In this document: piece by piece, positions 19,895 through 29,813 of the stretch | Numbering within the stretch: position 1 is the first letter of the stretch | Layout: every line of letters begins with the position of its first letter | Source of the DNA: an uncultured Parcubacteria group bacterium | Lineage (GTDB): Bacteria; Patescibacteriota; Minisyncoccia; UBA6257; 2-01-FULL-56-20 | Assembly (NCBI GenBank): GCA_903911245.1 | Contig: CAIWCR010000028.1 | Location: 1 to 57,758 of the forward strand | Reading direction: 5' to 3' | Length of the DNA: 57,758 bases | Position numbers and translations under genes: made by a program | The notes under the pieces: model-generated | Told to the model about the DNA's origin: nothing | Seen by the model: the letters and a program-made list of their open reading frames with translations, nothing else | Databases searched by the model: none

Positions 19895-21166
19895 CTATAG
19901 TTTTATCGAATAAAGCTTTTGATCGTATCGATTTACGAAGAAGAGCGCGTTATTAAACACTTTTATTCGTGAGACATCCATGGTTTGGTTTTGGTCGTTG
20001 AATAGTGTAGTGACGCTTCCGTTTGATGTATTGATTCGGTAGATATTGTCAGACGTAAAAAAAGACATCTGTTCGTAGTCGTCAGGAAGTCGTGCGGAGG
20101 AAATCATATTTTGATCTCGTGGTACGCCGCAATAAAGCGCGAGATAGGACGATGAAGATGCGGTAGTGGCCGGCAATGAAGTCGTTGACGTTGCTGGACG
20201 TGCCAGGCTGGTGTTGGTTGCAACGGTAGATGGTGTCGCATTGTATTGGCTAAACAAGCATTTTCCAGGCATCGTGAGAAACCCGAACCGTTGCAGAATG
20301 CTTCCTGACTCGTCGATGAAGCGAAGTGAGCCGCCATATTGTGAAGAATCTCCCGTAAAGAGAAGTCCGATGGTGGTTGTGGCAGTACTCCATAATGCCT
20401 CCATCCCTCGTTGATCATTAATAACGGGATTCAGGCTTTTTTTCTGAAGATTAAATGACCATATTGATCCAAAGGAATAGACACTGGGATTATCATAAAG
20501 TAAGACGTCATTTTTTGTTCTCCATAGCAATGAAAGATCTTGAACGTGCAATGTTGTGACAATTACAACATTATTTTTTGTTTTTGAAGCATCAAGCGTT
20601 GTGAGTGCTTCGGTCCCGTTTGAATTGTTTTTTAAATACATTATTCGATAGTCGGAGGGAGACCACTGCGGAGAGATCATTCCCACGACAAGAGGTGTCC
20701 ATGTTTTTGTTTTCATATCAAATATGCTCGTCTGGGGGCTTTGTCGATCGCCAAAATTAATCAGTATCTTTGTGCCGTCATACGAGAACCCGGTGCTTAT
20801 TATGTTTTTGATTTTTGAGGAACTAATATTATCGGCATTATTGTTGGTTATGGTGGCGATGGTTCCGTCGGGGCTGACTACGATTGTGACATTATTACTT
20901 ACAAAATAATCGAGAACCGATATGTTTGGCGTTGAAATGGTAAGACTTTTTGCGGACGCCGATGACGCGCTACTGTTGAAAATAGAAGAGCTGGGGGATG
21001 ATCCATTCTGATTAAATGCCGTACCGATTCCTGCGGTCGTTGGAAGTGATCCTGTTTGTCCTGTCTCGCTCGACTGATTATTGCTTTGGGCAAAAAGGTA
21101 AAAAGCAGTTCCGATAATGCCGACGCTAACAAGTGCAATGACGAAATAGATAAAGACTTTTTTCAT
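19895..21166 (-). CDS. Membrane-anchored exported protein, probable beta-propeller (T4SS-like cluster)
   Basis: N-terminal TM, S/T-rich linker, FSYDG and WSPS repeat-like motifs. Confidence 0.6.
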   Translation of the reverse strand: MKKVFIYFVIALVSVGIIGTAFYLFAQSNNQSSETGQTGSLPTTAGIGTAFNQNGSSPSSSIFNSSASSASAKSLTISTPNISVLDYFVSNNVTIVVSPDGTIATITNNNADNISSSKIKNIISTGFSYDGTKILINFGDRQSPQTSIFDMKTKTWTPLVVGMISPQWSPSDYRIMYLKNNSNGTEALTTLDASKTKNNVVIVTTLHVQDLSLLWRTKNDVLLYDNPSVYSFGSIWSFNLQKKSLNPVINDQRGMEALWSTATTTIGLLFTGDSSQYGGSLRFIDESGSILQRFGFLTMPGKCLFSQYNATPSTVATNTSLARPATSTTSLPATTASSSSYLALYCGVPRDQNMISSARLPDDYEQMSFFTSDNIYRINTSNGSVTTLFNDQNQTMDVSRIKVFNNALFFVNRYDQKLYSIKL

Positions 21167-21210
21167 GTTTATATTATAACGCTAATTGGTTTTTAAGGTT
21201 GTATGATGTC

Positions 21211-21738
21211 TTATTCGTCTTTCTCGTCGGGTTGAATTGGAAGCTGTATCGGTGCTTGTGGGGTTGCTCCGCCATTTGAGCCGCCACTCCCGTTTGCTCC
21301 TGGCGTTGTTTGTGTTGTTTGTCCTCCTACTGGCGCTGCTTGTGTTGCTGGTTGTGTCTGAGGAAGTGGCGATAATGACGGAATATTTAATCTAATAAGT
21401 TCAGGATTAATGGTTTTTAAAATCAATGCCGCGCTCGCTAAAAGAACAAGTCCTAAAAGCGCACCCACAATCCAATCTTTTCCATCCGATTGCGCGGAGG
21501 GATTTCCTGCTGCAATCGCATATTTTACGCCACCCCAAACAATTGCGCCGAAAGCGAGAATACCTCCTATGAGAAGAGCAAATGAATAAAAGTTAGCAAC
21601 AACCGCTCCGGGATTATTACTGGTGGTATAGGTGCCTGGTATATTTACACTGATATTTACCGCCTCTGCCGTAATGGCAAAAATCCAGCCGAGAGCAGCT
21701 ATGGAAAAGACGGTCCATCCTTTTTGAGCGCGGCTCAT
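21211..21738 (-). CDS. Pilin-like protein (VirB2/TrbC-like, CPR type)
   Basis: GGILAFGAIVWGGVKY...AGN...K.WI..ALLGLVL...IL.TINP.L pattern. Confidence 0.75.
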   Translation of the reverse strand: MSRAQKGWTVFSIAALGWIFAITAEAVNISVNIPGTYTTSNNPGAVVANFYSFALLIGGILAFGAIVWGGVKYAIAAGNPSAQSDGKDWIVGALLGLVLLASAALILKTINPELIRLNIPSLSPLPQTQPATQAAPVGGQTTQTTPGANGSGGSNGGATPQAPIQLPIQPDEKDE

Positions 21739-22442
21739 TGTAATTGTTTTTGATAGGTAAGATTTTTGGAGGCACTTGCTGATTGTCCCGTGTTCTTATC
21801 TTGAGCATTAAGAGAGATTGCAATGGTCGAGCCCGAAGGCGCCTGATTTGGAAGATTAATCTGAAGAATATCGGGGTTTTCGGTATTAGATCCCGTCTGT
21901 CCATTTACTGACCATGTGAAAGAAAGGTTTTCGGTTGGTGTATTGAAAAAAAATGCGAGCGCGGTTGCGGTAGCATTTTGTCCCGAAAATTGATCCGACG
22001 GATAAGGAGTAGCGATAACGACACCAGGATTGATTACGGGAATATTTATTTGATGTACTAGATAGCCTCCTGAATAGTTCGGGAGCGCCACTTTTAATGT
22101 TTCCATTTCTGGCGCGCTTCCAAAGGGATAGAATGCTATTCGCTGTACGCCGACCCCACCGCCAATGAGCGTGTCATCGAGGTACCAATAAATCGATTGA
22201 TTTGAGATATTTATTATTTGTCCTCCCGCAACGAGTTCGAGCGATGCTACGATTTGAGATTGAGATCCAGGGAGAATCTTTCCTTTATAAGATGATGGGG
22301 CGTAGCTGTTTCCCGCGTTCCATGAAAGAAGGAATTGTGGCTGTGCCTGTTGTGCTCTCACTGACTTTCCTATAAGAAAAAAAGATGCGCACAAGAGCGA
22401 TGCGACGGAAATTATTATAATTTTGGTTCGGCGATTTTTCAT
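21735..22442 (-). CDS. Exported hypothetical protein (Ig-like)
   Basis: Signal peptide ending VRA; YAPSSYKGKILP; beta-rich composition. Confidence 0.7.
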   Translation of the reverse strand: MKNRRTKIIIISVASLLCASFFLIGKSVRAQQAQPQFLLSWNAGNSYAPSSYKGKILPGSQSQIVASLELVAGGQIINISNQSIYWYLDDTLIGGGVGVQRIAFYPFGSAPEMETLKVALPNYSGGYLVHQINIPVINPGVVIATPYPSDQFSGQNATATALAFFFNTPTENLSFTWSVNGQTGSNTENPDILQINLPNQAPSGSTIAISLNAQDKNTGQSASASKNLTYQKQLQ

Positions 22443-22511
22443 TCTTTTATTATACCATAACCATTCAATACCATTGTGTGACTTCTTGTTTTGGGTCGAT
22501 TATCGTGCCTC

Positions 22512-23258
22512 TTATTCCCCTACTTCTTTTAGGTCGGGTAATTTTAACTGCTCTTTCTTGGTCCTTTCAGCTTTTTCTTCCGGTGATGGAATTTTATTAT
22601 TTGCCTCATTGTTTTCCTCCTCTATGTTTTCATCTTTTTGTATCTGGCCGGCCTGCTCTTCTTTTGGATTAAAGAGATCTTCCTTTGTTTTTTCTATGGG
22701 CTCCTTTTCCATGCCAAATACTTCGTCTGAGATGCCCACTCCGGATTCATCTTCCTTGTTGTTGGGGGATCCTTCTTCTCCTGCTCCGCTCATATTTCCC
22801 GCTCCCCTTGTCCTTCCTGCGCCGCCAGCTGATCCTGCGGTTTCCGTTTCCACGCTTGCTGAGTGCCTGGTAGCTCCAGTTGTTTCCGTTGCCTCTGTCT
22901 CGGCGCTGCCCACGGATCCCCTCCCTCCCTTCGCGGCTCCTGCCATTTCGGTTGCTTTTTCGAGTTCCGGATGGCGATCAATCCATACTGTGACAACCCA
23001 GGCAAAAAGCTCGGTTGGTAACGCCTGCAGTATGGGAACGAGTCCACATGCATAACCAATAGCATTTGTTACTACCACCGAAGTCCCTCGGAGACCTTTC
23101 ATATAGAGGTAGAATGCCATCAAGCTGCCAACAATAGGAGAAGTAATATCCCCTACGAGTGGTATAAGATTTACGATGCTCACAAGGAAAAGGGCAATTC
23201 CTATTAAAATTGCTTCAACCAACGAAATTTTTGGTTCGGGCTTTTGTTCTTCGGCCAT
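22512..23258 (-). CDS. Membrane protein with acidic low-complexity tail
   Basis: Three to four N-terminal TM helices, E/G/T-rich C-terminus; in operon with virB4. Confidence 0.75.
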   Translation of the reverse strand: MAEEQKPEPKISLVEAILIGIALFLVSIVNLIPLVGDITSPIVGSLMAFYLYMKGLRGTSVVVTNAIGYACGLVPILQALPTELFAWVVTVWIDRHPELEKATEMAGAAKGGRGSVGSAETEATETTGATRHSASVETETAGSAGGAGRTRGAGNMSGAGEEGSPNNKEDESGVGISDEVFGMEKEPIEKTKEDLFNPKEEQAGQIQKDENIEEENNEANNKIPSPEEKAERTKKEQLKLPDLKEVGE

Positions 23259-23272
23259 ATTTTATTTCTCCG

Positions 23273-25009
23273 TTATTGGATTCCTTCCGCCCTTTCTTCG
23301 AGTAGCTGTTCTGGATTTGTGGTGATTATCTGATCTTCAAAGAACGAAGGAACGATTTGGATGGTTACATGTTTTTTTCCAGCAAAGAAAATTCCCGTAC
23401 CAACTTCAGCGCCAAGGAGAAAATTCTTTTCGGTATTGGTGAGATCAAATGCCTTCACAACGATATCGATGGTTGCAGGTGCCTGTTTCAAGAGAAGCTG
23501 GATGGAAGAATTAGTGATGATGGGACGTCCATACGGTGAGCGTAAAAAATCTTCGACATCCTGCGTGATTGTAGTAATGCCGAGATAGTATTTTCGCGAA
23601 CGCTTCACGAGTCCAAAGAGGAACGTCGCGCTGTCCTCGTTCTTCATCATGATCCACGCTTCATCGATGAAGAGAAGTCGTTTTGCAAGCTTTGCACGAA
23701 CGAGGCTCCAAATGAAATTGAGGACAACAAACATTCCCACCGGTCGCAGCTCTTCTTCGAGGTCTCGGATAGAAAAAACGATAAGACGGTTTGAGATATC
23801 AATATTTGTTGGTTGATTCAAAAATCCAGCAAAACTTCCTTTGGTATATTTATATAATTTTTCCGCCATACCACGCCCGCCTTCGAGGTTTCTCAGTACG
23901 GTTTCGAGGTCTCCCAAAAGCGGAGGTTCCTTTCCTGTGAAGTCCATGTCAACGATGATCTCGCGCGAGGCATATGTTTCGGTAATGGCGCGATCAAGAA
24001 GCGCATCTTCTTCTGGTGTTACTTTTCCGAGCATGAGCTTGAGAAGACTTGCGATGGTTACAATGTGTGATCGCAGAACATCGGAGGCTGACTCCCCTTC
24101 CGGAATAAGAGGAAGATCAAATGGATTGATATGTTCGTGCGAGGAAAGAGAGATATTGAAGATGCTTCCACCGAATGTTTCGGCAAGGCGTTGATATTCG
24201 TTTTCCGGATCGATGACGATAACCATTTCGATGCCCGCCATGAGTGAGCGGATAATTTCGAGTTTTGTCGCGTATGATTTTCCGGATCCTGCTTTTGCGA
24301 AGACAACTTGGTTTGCGTTTTCAAGCGAAAAGCGATCGAAGATGACGAGATTGTCATTATATAAGTTGATGCCGTACATAATCCCTTGGTTCGATGTAAG
24401 GTCTTCGGAAACAAATGGAAAGAATGATGAAATGGGGCCAGTGTTCATCGGAGAGTAAACACGAATATCGTCTTTATTGGTCGGGAGAATAGAAAAGAGG
24501 CCCTCAAGTTGTTCGAAAAGCGCCGGCTTTATATAGATGAGTTTTGCCTCCATCATGCTTACAAGTTTGCTTTCGAGTCTTGAGAGCTCGTCTTCGGTGT
24601 CTGCATAAAGAACGATATAGACGCCGGTATCAAAAAGTTTTTCTTGTGATTGCTGGAGGGAGTCGCGCAACGCATCCACGTCCTGCATGGCGGTTTCAAG
24701 CATCGGATCTCGTACGAGGCCTCTGTCCGCTTGATCGTTCCGTTGAGATTCGAGCTGTCCTGCTTTTTTGCGGAGATTTTTGAGAGCGGTGCCGGTATCG
24801 ATGGGATTTATAAAAATAGAAATATCAAACAGGTTGGGGAGATTGATGACTTCCTCAAACCATCCTGTTGAAAGGTAGCGTGGGTAGGAAAGTATAAAAA
24901 AGGCCTTTGCAAATTTATCACCGATTTTCAGATAGTTCGGAAAGACTTGAGCTCCGGCGGGAGCAATAATCTTTTTTACATTTTCAAAATTTTCCTGTTT
25001 TGGGTCCAT
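23273..25009 (-). CDS. VirB4-like type IV secretion ATPase
   Basis: FDRFSLENAN, AKAGSGKS Walker A, VIDPENEY, LFIDEAW Walker B, RSRKY, ITQDVEDF. Confidence 0.92.
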   Translation of the reverse strand: MDPKQENFENVKKIIAPAGAQVFPNYLKIGDKFAKAFFILSYPRYLSTGWFEEVINLPNLFDISIFINPIDTGTALKNLRKKAGQLESQRNDQADRGLVRDPMLETAMQDVDALRDSLQQSQEKLFDTGVYIVLYADTEDELSRLESKLVSMMEAKLIYIKPALFEQLEGLFSILPTNKDDIRVYSPMNTGPISSFFPFVSEDLTSNQGIMYGINLYNDNLVIFDRFSLENANQVVFAKAGSGKSYATKLEIIRSLMAGIEMVIVIDPENEYQRLAETFGGSIFNISLSSHEHINPFDLPLIPEGESASDVLRSHIVTIASLLKLMLGKVTPEEDALLDRAITETYASREIIVDMDFTGKEPPLLGDLETVLRNLEGGRGMAEKLYKYTKGSFAGFLNQPTNIDISNRLIVFSIRDLEEELRPVGMFVVLNFIWSLVRAKLAKRLLFIDEAWIMMKNEDSATFLFGLVKRSRKYYLGITTITQDVEDFLRSPYGRPIITNSSIQLLLKQAPATIDIVVKAFDLTNTEKNFLLGAEVGTGIFFAGKKHVTIQIVPSFFEDQIITTNPEQLLEERAEGIQ

Positions 25010-25018
25010 GGTATCTTT

Positions 25019-25696
25019 TTATTGTTGCATATCGGCGTTTACAAATCCTTTTCGCTCGATGGTCTGCGGGTTATAGAAATTATAAAAAAGCTCTATCAAC
25101 TGTTCATTTTCAAGGGTTTCCGCCTCGAGGCCAATAGCGAGAAGACCGTTCATTACCTGGCTTGTCCTTTGGGAAAGCTGGATAAGATTGTTGTTGAATG
25201 CTTCTTCCTCGTTCTCGCCGCTTTCTTTTTCATCTTTCTTTTTCCCGAGAAACGGGAACATGCCGGAAAGTGTGTTTTTGCTTGGTAGAACGCTTAAGGG
25301 ATAAAACGGCACAACAACAAAGAACGCTTTTTCCATAATCGCGTTCTTCTTTACGAAGCCATCGATAAAATTGATGTATTCATCGATTTGATTTTGAAGG
25401 ATTGGCGACGACTCTGCTTCTTTTCTCGTGCGGAGCGTTGCGATATATTTTTCGATATTAACCTTGCGTGAGTGAATTATGATCTGAAGAGGATACGATA
25501 TTCCATTGAGAAAATTTTGATATCCCTGTGTGATAACGGATTGTTCAGCTTCTGATTTGAGGGCAAAATTAACGCCGCCCACCATAACTACTTGATGCAT
25601 GCTTCCGTCATTCATAATGACGGCATTTTTTTTGATCTCCTTGATGTCGATAAGATCGAGCGAATTTCCTGAATCTTGTTGTAGTGGTATTGGCAT
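25019..25696 (-). CDS. VirB4 N-terminal/TraC-associated protein
   Basis: VNFALKSEAEQ, QNFLN, QIIIHSRKVNIE, LFYNFYNP; typical partner upstream of CPR VirB4. Confidence 0.75.
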   Translation of the reverse strand: MPIPLQQDSGNSLDLIDIKEIKKNAVIMNDGSMHQVVMVGGVNFALKSEAEQSVITQGYQNFLNGISYPLQIIIHSRKVNIEKYIATLRTRKEAESSPILQNQIDEYINFIDGFVKKNAIMEKAFFVVVPFYPLSVLPSKNTLSGMFPFLGKKKDEKESGENEEEAFNNNLIQLSQRTSQVMNGLLAIGLEAETLENEQLIELFYNFYNPQTIERKGFVNADMQQ

Positions 25697-25752
25697 TGTT
25701 ATATCGTTTCGTTCATTTTCGCATAAATTAATGAACCTGTCATTTATTTATT

Positions 25753-26241
25753 TTATCGATAATCAACGCGTTTTGCAGCGTTGCGATCGCCGGCGGGCTT
25801 TCGGAAAATCTGATAACGATCAGTTATCTGTCGGTTCGATATCTTTGTTCCTGTTGTTGTCCCCGTTTGAAGGCCTTCCCAGCTTTTATGAAGCGCCATT
25901 CCTGCGGCGATGTCCTCAATGGCGGCACCGATGCCCGGATGGTCTTCTTTTTTTGTTTGTCGCTGTTCCGATTGCCAGAGGTAGATTTGTGGCTTCCAAT
26001 AGAAGTTGATTGCTGCAAGGGCGACGTTCAAAAGCGGTCGGCCATCAAGCTTGACGAACGCAAGCGAGATGGAAGCGCCCATAATAATGGAGGCTATAAT
26101 TGCCCAAAGCCAGGTTGCGATCATAAAATAAAGTATGCCGCATACGCCTCCGGCGATACCGACATAGATAAATTGACGAATGGTAAGAGGCCCTACGACC
26201 TTATCTTCCGATTCAATGAACTGAGGAACCTGGAATTGCAT
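25753..26241 (-). CDS. PrgI family protein
   Basis: MQFQVPQFIESEDKVVGPLTIRQF, two TM helices. Confidence 0.88.
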   Translation of the reverse strand: MQFQVPQFIESEDKVVGPLTIRQFIYVGIAGGVCGILYFMIATWLWAIIASIIMGASISLAFVKLDGRPLLNVALAAINFYWKPQIYLWQSEQRQTKKEDHPGIGAAIEDIAAGMALHKSWEGLQTGTTTGTKISNRQITDRYQIFRKPAGDRNAAKRVDYR

Positions 26242-26330
26242 AAGAATATTATACCCCGATTTCTCGCAAAACGCGAAAAGATTCCTGATTTTTACCGACG
26301 ATTATTCGTGTCTTAAAAACAAGAATAAAA

Positions 26331-27596
26331 TTATTTGTCTGATTTTGGCGGAATTGGAATACCCGAAGAAGGGGTGGAAGAAGCTGATCCTTTTGGAACT
26401 AAATCGGCCTCAGAATAATCTTTCTGAATGATCTTTGGCGTCGGTGAGGCTTTTGGTGGTTGGTTCACCGGGATTGGGGCGGTGAAGATGTCAGAAATTG
26501 GTGTTGGCCGGTTATTGATTTTATTTGACGGAAACGAAGACGAGAACGAAGGAAAATCAACCGGAATTGGTGCTGGAGCTGATATCGGCGCTGGTGGCGT
26601 AGAAGCGGAAGGAATAACTTTTGCCGGATCAGTTGTTTTTTCTATTGGAATTCTCGTTGGGGCCGATTGTTTTTCCATAGAAATTCCAGAGGACTGAACT
26701 GGAGCAGTGATTTCGGTAACGGTTCTATTTTTTCCAGGAACCGGAATTGCTTGCGCGTCAAACTTCTCAGTAGGGAGCTTTGATGATAATGATGGAGAGT
26801 CGGGAACATTCTTTTTTGGAAAATCAGATGAGATCTTTTCGGTTTTCTTTCCGAAGATTTGCGCAATTGGACCAAATTCTAATATCGCCGCTTTTTGTGG
26901 CAGCGGTTGAGGGGCCTTTGATAGTCCCTTTAGTTTATCGTCGGAAATATCAATGTGGAATTCTGACGTTTTTTTATTCGATTCAAATGATGCGTTTTCT
27001 TGAAGAATGACCGGTTTTGGCGCTTCTTTTTCGGCGGCTTTCACTGGAGTCGATGATGGCTGTTGAGGCGCTGTGGGAGTTTCTGAAGATAATGAAATTG
27101 GCTTTGCGGGTGCAGAAATTTCGGAAGTCGAAGGGAATGATACCGGCTGGGGTGTTGGCGTCTTTGTGATTGGCGCCGGAGTCGAAGGTATTGCAACGGG
27201 CTTTTGGATTTCCTCGATCATGGTTGGTTTTTCGTCGACAGACGACGTCTTTGTTTTATATGCCGACCCATTTTTTGCTTTATAGGCTTCGTTTATATCT
27301 TTTTGTAGAGGAATAAAAATTCTTGCACTTATTGTTTTTGTTATTAAATCCGCAATTCTTAGATCAATATTAATAGCGCTGCTTATTTCTTTTGGCATGT
27401 CGTCGGAGTGAATGAGGCCCATAAGAACATATCCAGCGATTTTTGCGATAGTATAAATTTTTTCATTAGCAATGTGTTCCCCTTCGCAGGTTTTCCAAAT
27501 AAAATCAGAATTTACTTCAGAACACAAAGCTTCCCGAATATTATCGGGCAAAGCATCCCATCTTTTAAGGGCTTGTTCTTGGGTTATTGTAGTCAT
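26331..27596 (-). CDS. Hypothetical protein with long Pro/Ser-rich disordered tail
   Basis: 421-aa ORF; helical N-terminal ~110 aa followed by low complexity. Confidence 0.8.
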   Translation of the reverse strand: MTTITQEQALKRWDALPDNIREALCSEVNSDFIWKTCEGEHIANEKIYTIAKIAGYVLMGLIHSDDMPKEISSAINIDLRIADLITKTISARIFIPLQKDINEAYKAKNGSAYKTKTSSVDEKPTMIEEIQKPVAIPSTPAPITKTPTPQPVSFPSTSEISAPAKPISLSSETPTAPQQPSSTPVKAAEKEAPKPVILQENASFESNKKTSEFHIDISDDKLKGLSKAPQPLPQKAAILEFGPIAQIFGKKTEKISSDFPKKNVPDSPSLSSKLPTEKFDAQAIPVPGKNRTVTEITAPVQSSGISMEKQSAPTRIPIEKTTDPAKVIPSASTPPAPISAPAPIPVDFPSFSSSFPSNKINNRPTPISDIFTAPIPVNQPPKASPTPKIIQKDYSEADLVPKGSASSTPSSGIPIPPKSDK

Positions 27597-27598
27597 GA

Positions 27599-29806
27599 TT
27601 ATGGTGTTGCGGGTGGTGGAGGTGTCGCGGCAGTGGGTGCAGTTCCGGAGAAAAGGACGTTATTTGCAAGCGACCTTTGAAAAGTTTCATGTTTATCTCT
27701 TAGTTTTTGCAACTCTGCATCTCTTTGAACTATTGAGATGCTAGTATTGTTTAATATTCTCCTGGACTCCCCCATGAACTCGCCACTATAAATGCCCTCA
27801 AATTTGTGAAGCGTTGGAGATTTCATGTTTTGTAATAGACTCGAAGTAAGCTGGGGGGCGGTCTTAAGGAATCCTCGGGCAAGCGCTTTTGAAAGTTCGG
27901 TTTCTGCTGCGAAGATATTATTTACATTCATTTTTTGTACGTCGGCTTTTCCTAGTGTTCGAACAAATTTTTCGACAGCCTCATCCAGATCTTTTGTGTC
28001 GGTTGTTGTTCCTGCTATAAGGGCTCTTTCCGCATCGCGTATTTCTTTATTGCTTCCGAGAACCTTATTTGCATTGACTCCCAATAATCCCTGACCGAAG
28101 CGCTTCATGACGTCGGGATTCTCATCCAAAAAGACTTTCACGTTTTTACCATTAATATTCTCATCTCCTTTTAGCTCTCCTTTTTCTACCAGTTTTGAGA
28201 TAGCGGCAAGCTGATCTTCCTTGTTCATTGAACCGATAAGAAGCCTCTTGAGCTCTTCTGGATTATCGGAAAGTTTTTTCTTTGACTCATCAACCAATGC
28301 TTGATTGGTACTTGCCTTGCTAATAGCGCGTCCAGCAAGAGACTCTCCGCGCCTTACAATACCACCAAGAGCTCCTCCAAGGAGGGGGAGTCTTTGAATT
28401 TGTCTCCCAATTCTTCCTTCTTGCAATCCAGCAGTAATCTTTTCGCCCCCTGCTTTTTGATATGCAAGGCGTGAGCCCTTCTTTCCTTGTTTTAGGCTGT
28501 AGTTTCCAGCTGATGCTCCAATCGATTTCATCGCGCCAACGGTAGCCGATGATCCAGTTATGGAGAGCTCATTTGCTGCTATCATTCCTCCGATCATGAG
28601 GCCGACAAGCACTATTTCATTTAGAATATTACCGACAAGAGGAGCAAAGCCGCCTAAGCCATTGCTGTTCGCTTGTTCCGTAGCAGTGGTATTGTTACTA
28701 CCAAAAAGCCCTTTGTAGGTATCGGCACCAGCGGTGGCAGATGTTGAGTTACTCATTTGGGAACTTGTCATGATCGCAAGCCACATGAAAAAAAGAACAA
28801 CAGGGGCGAAGAATGTCCACCGAATAAAGCTCCCCCACCATCGCGAAAAATAGCTTTGTGTGTTTGGAAACACCCATAACATCCAGGCAAGCGGTAAGAG
28901 AACAGCAAGAATGGCGATGTATACATAGCGGACAAGAAGCATGAAAATAAATGTTGCGAGTGTCATAACGATGACAATCATTGCGCCGGCAAGAAGAATA
29001 AGTCCGAACGTGGGACCAATAATTTTGGAAATATCACCCCCCATGCCGGATGCAATTGTGTTTGACGTCTGGGCGGTATTCAAAAAGTCTCTCTGTGGTT
29101 GAAAGGCGCTCGCAAGGGCTGTTGCGAATGACTTTGCACCTTCAAGGGTGCTTACGGTGCCGCACCCGCCGCCCGTTTGAACGCATCCAAGGAAGTAGGT
29201 TGTAAGTTGATTCGAAAAGTTAAAAATAGGTTGCACGATGACAAGGCCGAAATTTACAAGAATTGCCATCACGACAAGTTTCCAAAGAAGTTGTTTTATT
29301 CCGTAGCTTTCTCTTCGGAGAATAGTTGCAATAGCAATCACGATAATGCCGAAGACAAAGCCGAGGTTTGCAAGTGAAAGCGCCGCTGAAAATCCTACCT
29401 GTATAATAGGTGCGTTAAATACTCCCGCGTTTATGTTGAGTATTTCGCCGACAAAGTATGCCTCTAAAGCAACAATAAGCCCACAGACCCATCCAACAAA
29501 CCAGGCGATATAGTAAAAGATCTGACCAATGAGAAAAAAGGCAACTTCGGCAATCATGTTTCCGCCCCCTTTATAAATGGGGGACCCACCACCGGGCGGA
29601 TCAGAGGGCACTGTACACTTGCCACTTACGCAGGTCATGGATGAAACGCAAGTGTTTTCGGGAGTTGCGGGTGTTCCGCCGCAGGCTCCCGTAGACGTAC
29701 CGGCGTCGGCGGCAGACACAAAATGGATCGGCGCAAGAAAGGCAGCGAGTCCGATGACTACGATCGAAAGGATTAAAAGATTTCTTTTGAGATTATTTTT
29801 CTTCAT
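27599..29806 (-). CDS. VirB6/TrbL-like polytopic membrane protein
   Basis: Signal peptide, LANLGF...IAIATIL, AILVNF, L.PLAW...FP...WW..F..W.FFAP. Confidence 0.75.
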   Translation of the reverse strand: MKKNNLKRNLLILSIVVIGLAAFLAPIHFVSAADAGTSTGACGGTPATPENTCVSSMTCVSGKCTVPSDPPGGGSPIYKGGGNMIAEVAFFLIGQIFYYIAWFVGWVCGLIVALEAYFVGEILNINAGVFNAPIIQVGFSAALSLANLGFVFGIIVIAIATILRRESYGIKQLLWKLVVMAILVNFGLVIVQPIFNFSNQLTTYFLGCVQTGGGCGTVSTLEGAKSFATALASAFQPQRDFLNTAQTSNTIASGMGGDISKIIGPTFGLILLAGAMIVIVMTLATFIFMLLVRYVYIAILAVLLPLAWMLWVFPNTQSYFSRWWGSFIRWTFFAPVVLFFMWLAIMTSSQMSNSTSATAGADTYKGLFGSNNTTATEQANSNGLGGFAPLVGNILNEIVLVGLMIGGMIAANELSITGSSATVGAMKSIGASAGNYSLKQGKKGSRLAYQKAGGEKITAGLQEGRIGRQIQRLPLLGGALGGIVRRGESLAGRAISKASTNQALVDESKKKLSDNPEELKRLLIGSMNKEDQLAAISKLVEKGELKGDENINGKNVKVFLDENPDVMKRFGQGLLGVNANKVLGSNKEIRDAERALIAGTTTDTKDLDEAVEKFVRTLGKADVQKMNVNNIFAAETELSKALARGFLKTAPQLTSSLLQNMKSPTLHKFEGIYSGEFMGESRRILNNTSISIVQRDAELQKLRDKHETFQRSLANNVLFSGTAPTAATPPPPATP

Positions 29807-29813
29807 CCTTTTA